64,000 nt of DNA, taken from assembly GCF_006345805.1 (NCBI RefSeq), contig NC_043002.1, positions 8,060,001-8,124,000 on the forward strand, written 5' to 3'. The position numbers and the translations under genes are program-made. Of the stretch, positions 61,949-64,000 are shown one piece after another. Each line of letters starts with the position of its first letter. Positions within the stretch are counted from its first letter, which is position 1. This DNA comes from Octopus sinensis. Lineage: Eukaryota. The notes below the pieces were generated by a model that worked only from the letters and a program-made list of their open reading frames with translations, was not told where the DNA came from and made no database searches.

Positions 61949-62053
61949 AGAATAAAAGAGTCAGGAAATAAAGAAGGAGAAAAGGAGAGAGTAAAGAGAA
62001 TAAGAATGTATGGATCCAGTATGTGAGACACAGAACAAAAAGAAAAAAAACTT

Positions 62054-62412
62054 GGCCCAGGAAAACAGATGATTGTACAAGAAATGCACGAAAATATAAT
62101 AATAGCAGACATCAATCTTGGCGCATTAAAAGAAGACATTGTCGTGATTCCTAGAATTAAGCTCAATACATCAGAAAGTGAAGAAAATGTACCTCTTGAA
62201 AGGACACAGTTTTCGATAAAGTCATATTTCGCAATGACTATGCATAAAGCACAAAAACCGACCATACAAATGTCTTAATTTATCTTGAGAAACCAGTATT
62301 CTAGCATGGACAGTTAGTTGTATGTGGCTTTAAGCCGGAGAATAAGGAATGAAAAGGCTAAAGTATTCTTGAAGAAGGGCAGTTCTACCGAAAATGTTGT
62401 CATAAAAAGTTT
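62054..62412 (+). mobile_element. Helitron RepHel helicase C-terminal fragment, pseudogene
   Basis: VIPRIKL...RTQFSIKSYFAMTMHKAQ, EKPVF*HGQL/YVALSR, TENVV: PIF1-family helicase end motifs. Confidence 0.85.
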
Positions 62413-62481
62413 CTCCTTTAAACCACCAAGAGGTACGGTTGTCTTTCTTCAATGCGGAAAGCGTTATCAATACCTATATTG

Positions 62482-62803
62482 TTGTGTCTGGGGAGAGTAA
62501 TTTTCTTTTTGTGCCTTATTATGTAACACACTCACCGGTAAAATTTCCACTTTTTTCTTATTTTTATTGTCCTAACATTTTCGTTGCGTTTTGCAACCTT
62601 TAAAGTCAAAACTATTGAAAAGGTTGCAAGATGCAACAAAAATTTTAGGAAAATAAAAATAAGAAAAAAGTGGAAATTTTACCGGTGAGTGTGTTAAATA
62701 ATAAGGCACAAAAAGAAAATTACTCTCCCCAGACACAATAGAATAGGCTTCAACACACGAAATCATATAGAGAATCTGCAAACCAAATCCCAAAACGAAA
62801 TAT
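62482..62803 (+). mobile_element. Palindrome-plus-tail element, copy 3 (about 257-bp palindrome)
   Basis: About 120-bp arms with few mismatches, same tail as copy 2. Confidence 0.92.
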
Positions 62804-63043
62804 ATATATAATCTAATATAGGATAAAATTTTCGAAAAAATTCTATCAATGGCCAGCATATTAAAAAATACCTTTAAAGGTTAAATTTATAAACAACTTA
62901 TAAACGGAATTTTTTAGAAATTTCTGTCGGCTTGCTTCGAGTGATTATAGTGATAAATTATATGGTTATTGACGATTTGTCTATTTTTAGCATATTTGGC
63001 ATTAGAATTTTTTTCTTTTGCCCTTGTTTATAAGTTGTATATG

Positions 63044-63096
<53 letters not shown>

Positions 63097-63119
63097 TGTG
63101 TGTGTGTGTGTGTGTATGC

Positions 63120-63201
63120 ATAAAATCTATGTCTCCCATTGAATAAACTGATAATCAACCTGGTGCATTATTCACCGGGCAACGCCGGGTAGGAAGTCTA
63201 G
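63120..63201 (+). mobile_element. Helitron 3' terminus
   Basis: CCGGGCAACGCCGGG hairpin, then CTAG|T at 63198-63202. Confidence 0.75.
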
Positions 63202-63494
63202 TATATGCATGTGTGTGTGTATACGTATATACATACATACATGCACGCATACATTTACTTATATATATATGTGTAGTATTGCAAGCCAGATAATCTTGCA
63301 ATTATTCGATAAAAACTCCCTCCAAGGATGTTTAAAATCTAAAAGCAATAATAATCAAAGAAGATAACACCAATAATATCAGCCAACTGTAATTCTTGGG
63401 AAATTAAGATAAAAGCAGGTTTGCAGCGAATATATACATGTGTGTATATATTTACATGTGTGTGTATGCGCGCGCGCGGTATGAGATATATATG

Positions 63495-64000
63495 TTTCTT
63501 CATTACCCATAAAGGGCTAAATATAGAGTGGACAAACAAGGACAGACAAACGAATTAAGTCGATTACATCGATCCCAGTTCGTAACTGGTACTTCATTTA
63601 TCGACCCCGAAAGATGGAAGGAAGGCAAAGTCTCGGCCGGCGGACGGAATTTGAACTCAGAACGTAGCGGCAGACGAAATACCTATTCTTTCTCTACCCA
63701 CAAGAGGCTAAACACAGAGGGGACAAACGGATTAAGTCGATTACACCGACCCCAGTACGTAACTGGTACTTCATTTATCGACCCCGAAAGGATGAAAGGC
63801 AAAGTCGACCTCGGCGGAATTTGAACTCAGAACGTAGCGGCAGACGAAATACCTATTTCTTTACTACCCACAATGGGCTAAAAACAGAGGGGACAAACGG
63901 ATTAAGTCGATTACACCGACCCCAGTACGTAACTGGTACTTCATTTATCGACCCCGAAAGGATGGAAGGCAAAGTCGACCTCGGCGGAATTTGAACTCAG
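63495..64000 (-). mobile_element. SINE family B array, at least 3 units, runs off the window
   Basis: Junctions GAAATACCTATT at about 63676 and 63846. Confidence 0.92.

Overview
Eukaryotic, AT-rich, microsatellite-saturated non-coding DNA, either intergenic or inside a very large intron. The repeat content (tRNA-derived SINEs resembling the octopus OK/OR families, RTE, R4/Dong and Tx1 LINE relics, Tc1/mariner, Helitrons, Penelope-type relics) points to an octopod cephalopod; this is inferred from repeats only. I find no intact protein-coding gene, rRNA, tRNA gene or CRISPR array. Almost all long ORFs in the track are microsatellite artefacts, and the recognisable coding pieces are broken transposon ORFs. 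Highlights: (1) a 2.4-copy tandem array of a 533-bp unit (44098-45378) in which both complete units carry a type I hammerhead ribozyme with an intact core and a palindromic helix III, the layout of a retrozyme/circRNA-producing element; (2) a SINE that repeatedly occurs as head + n x 184-185-bp concatemers joined at one palindromic junction (GAAATA-GG-TATTTC); (3) a family of variable-length palindromes with a fixed one-sided tail, plus several other foldback elements; (4) nested Tc1/mariner elements including DD36E and DD40/41D types; (5) a few unproven small-exon and promoter-like candidates. All alignments and folds were done by eye.
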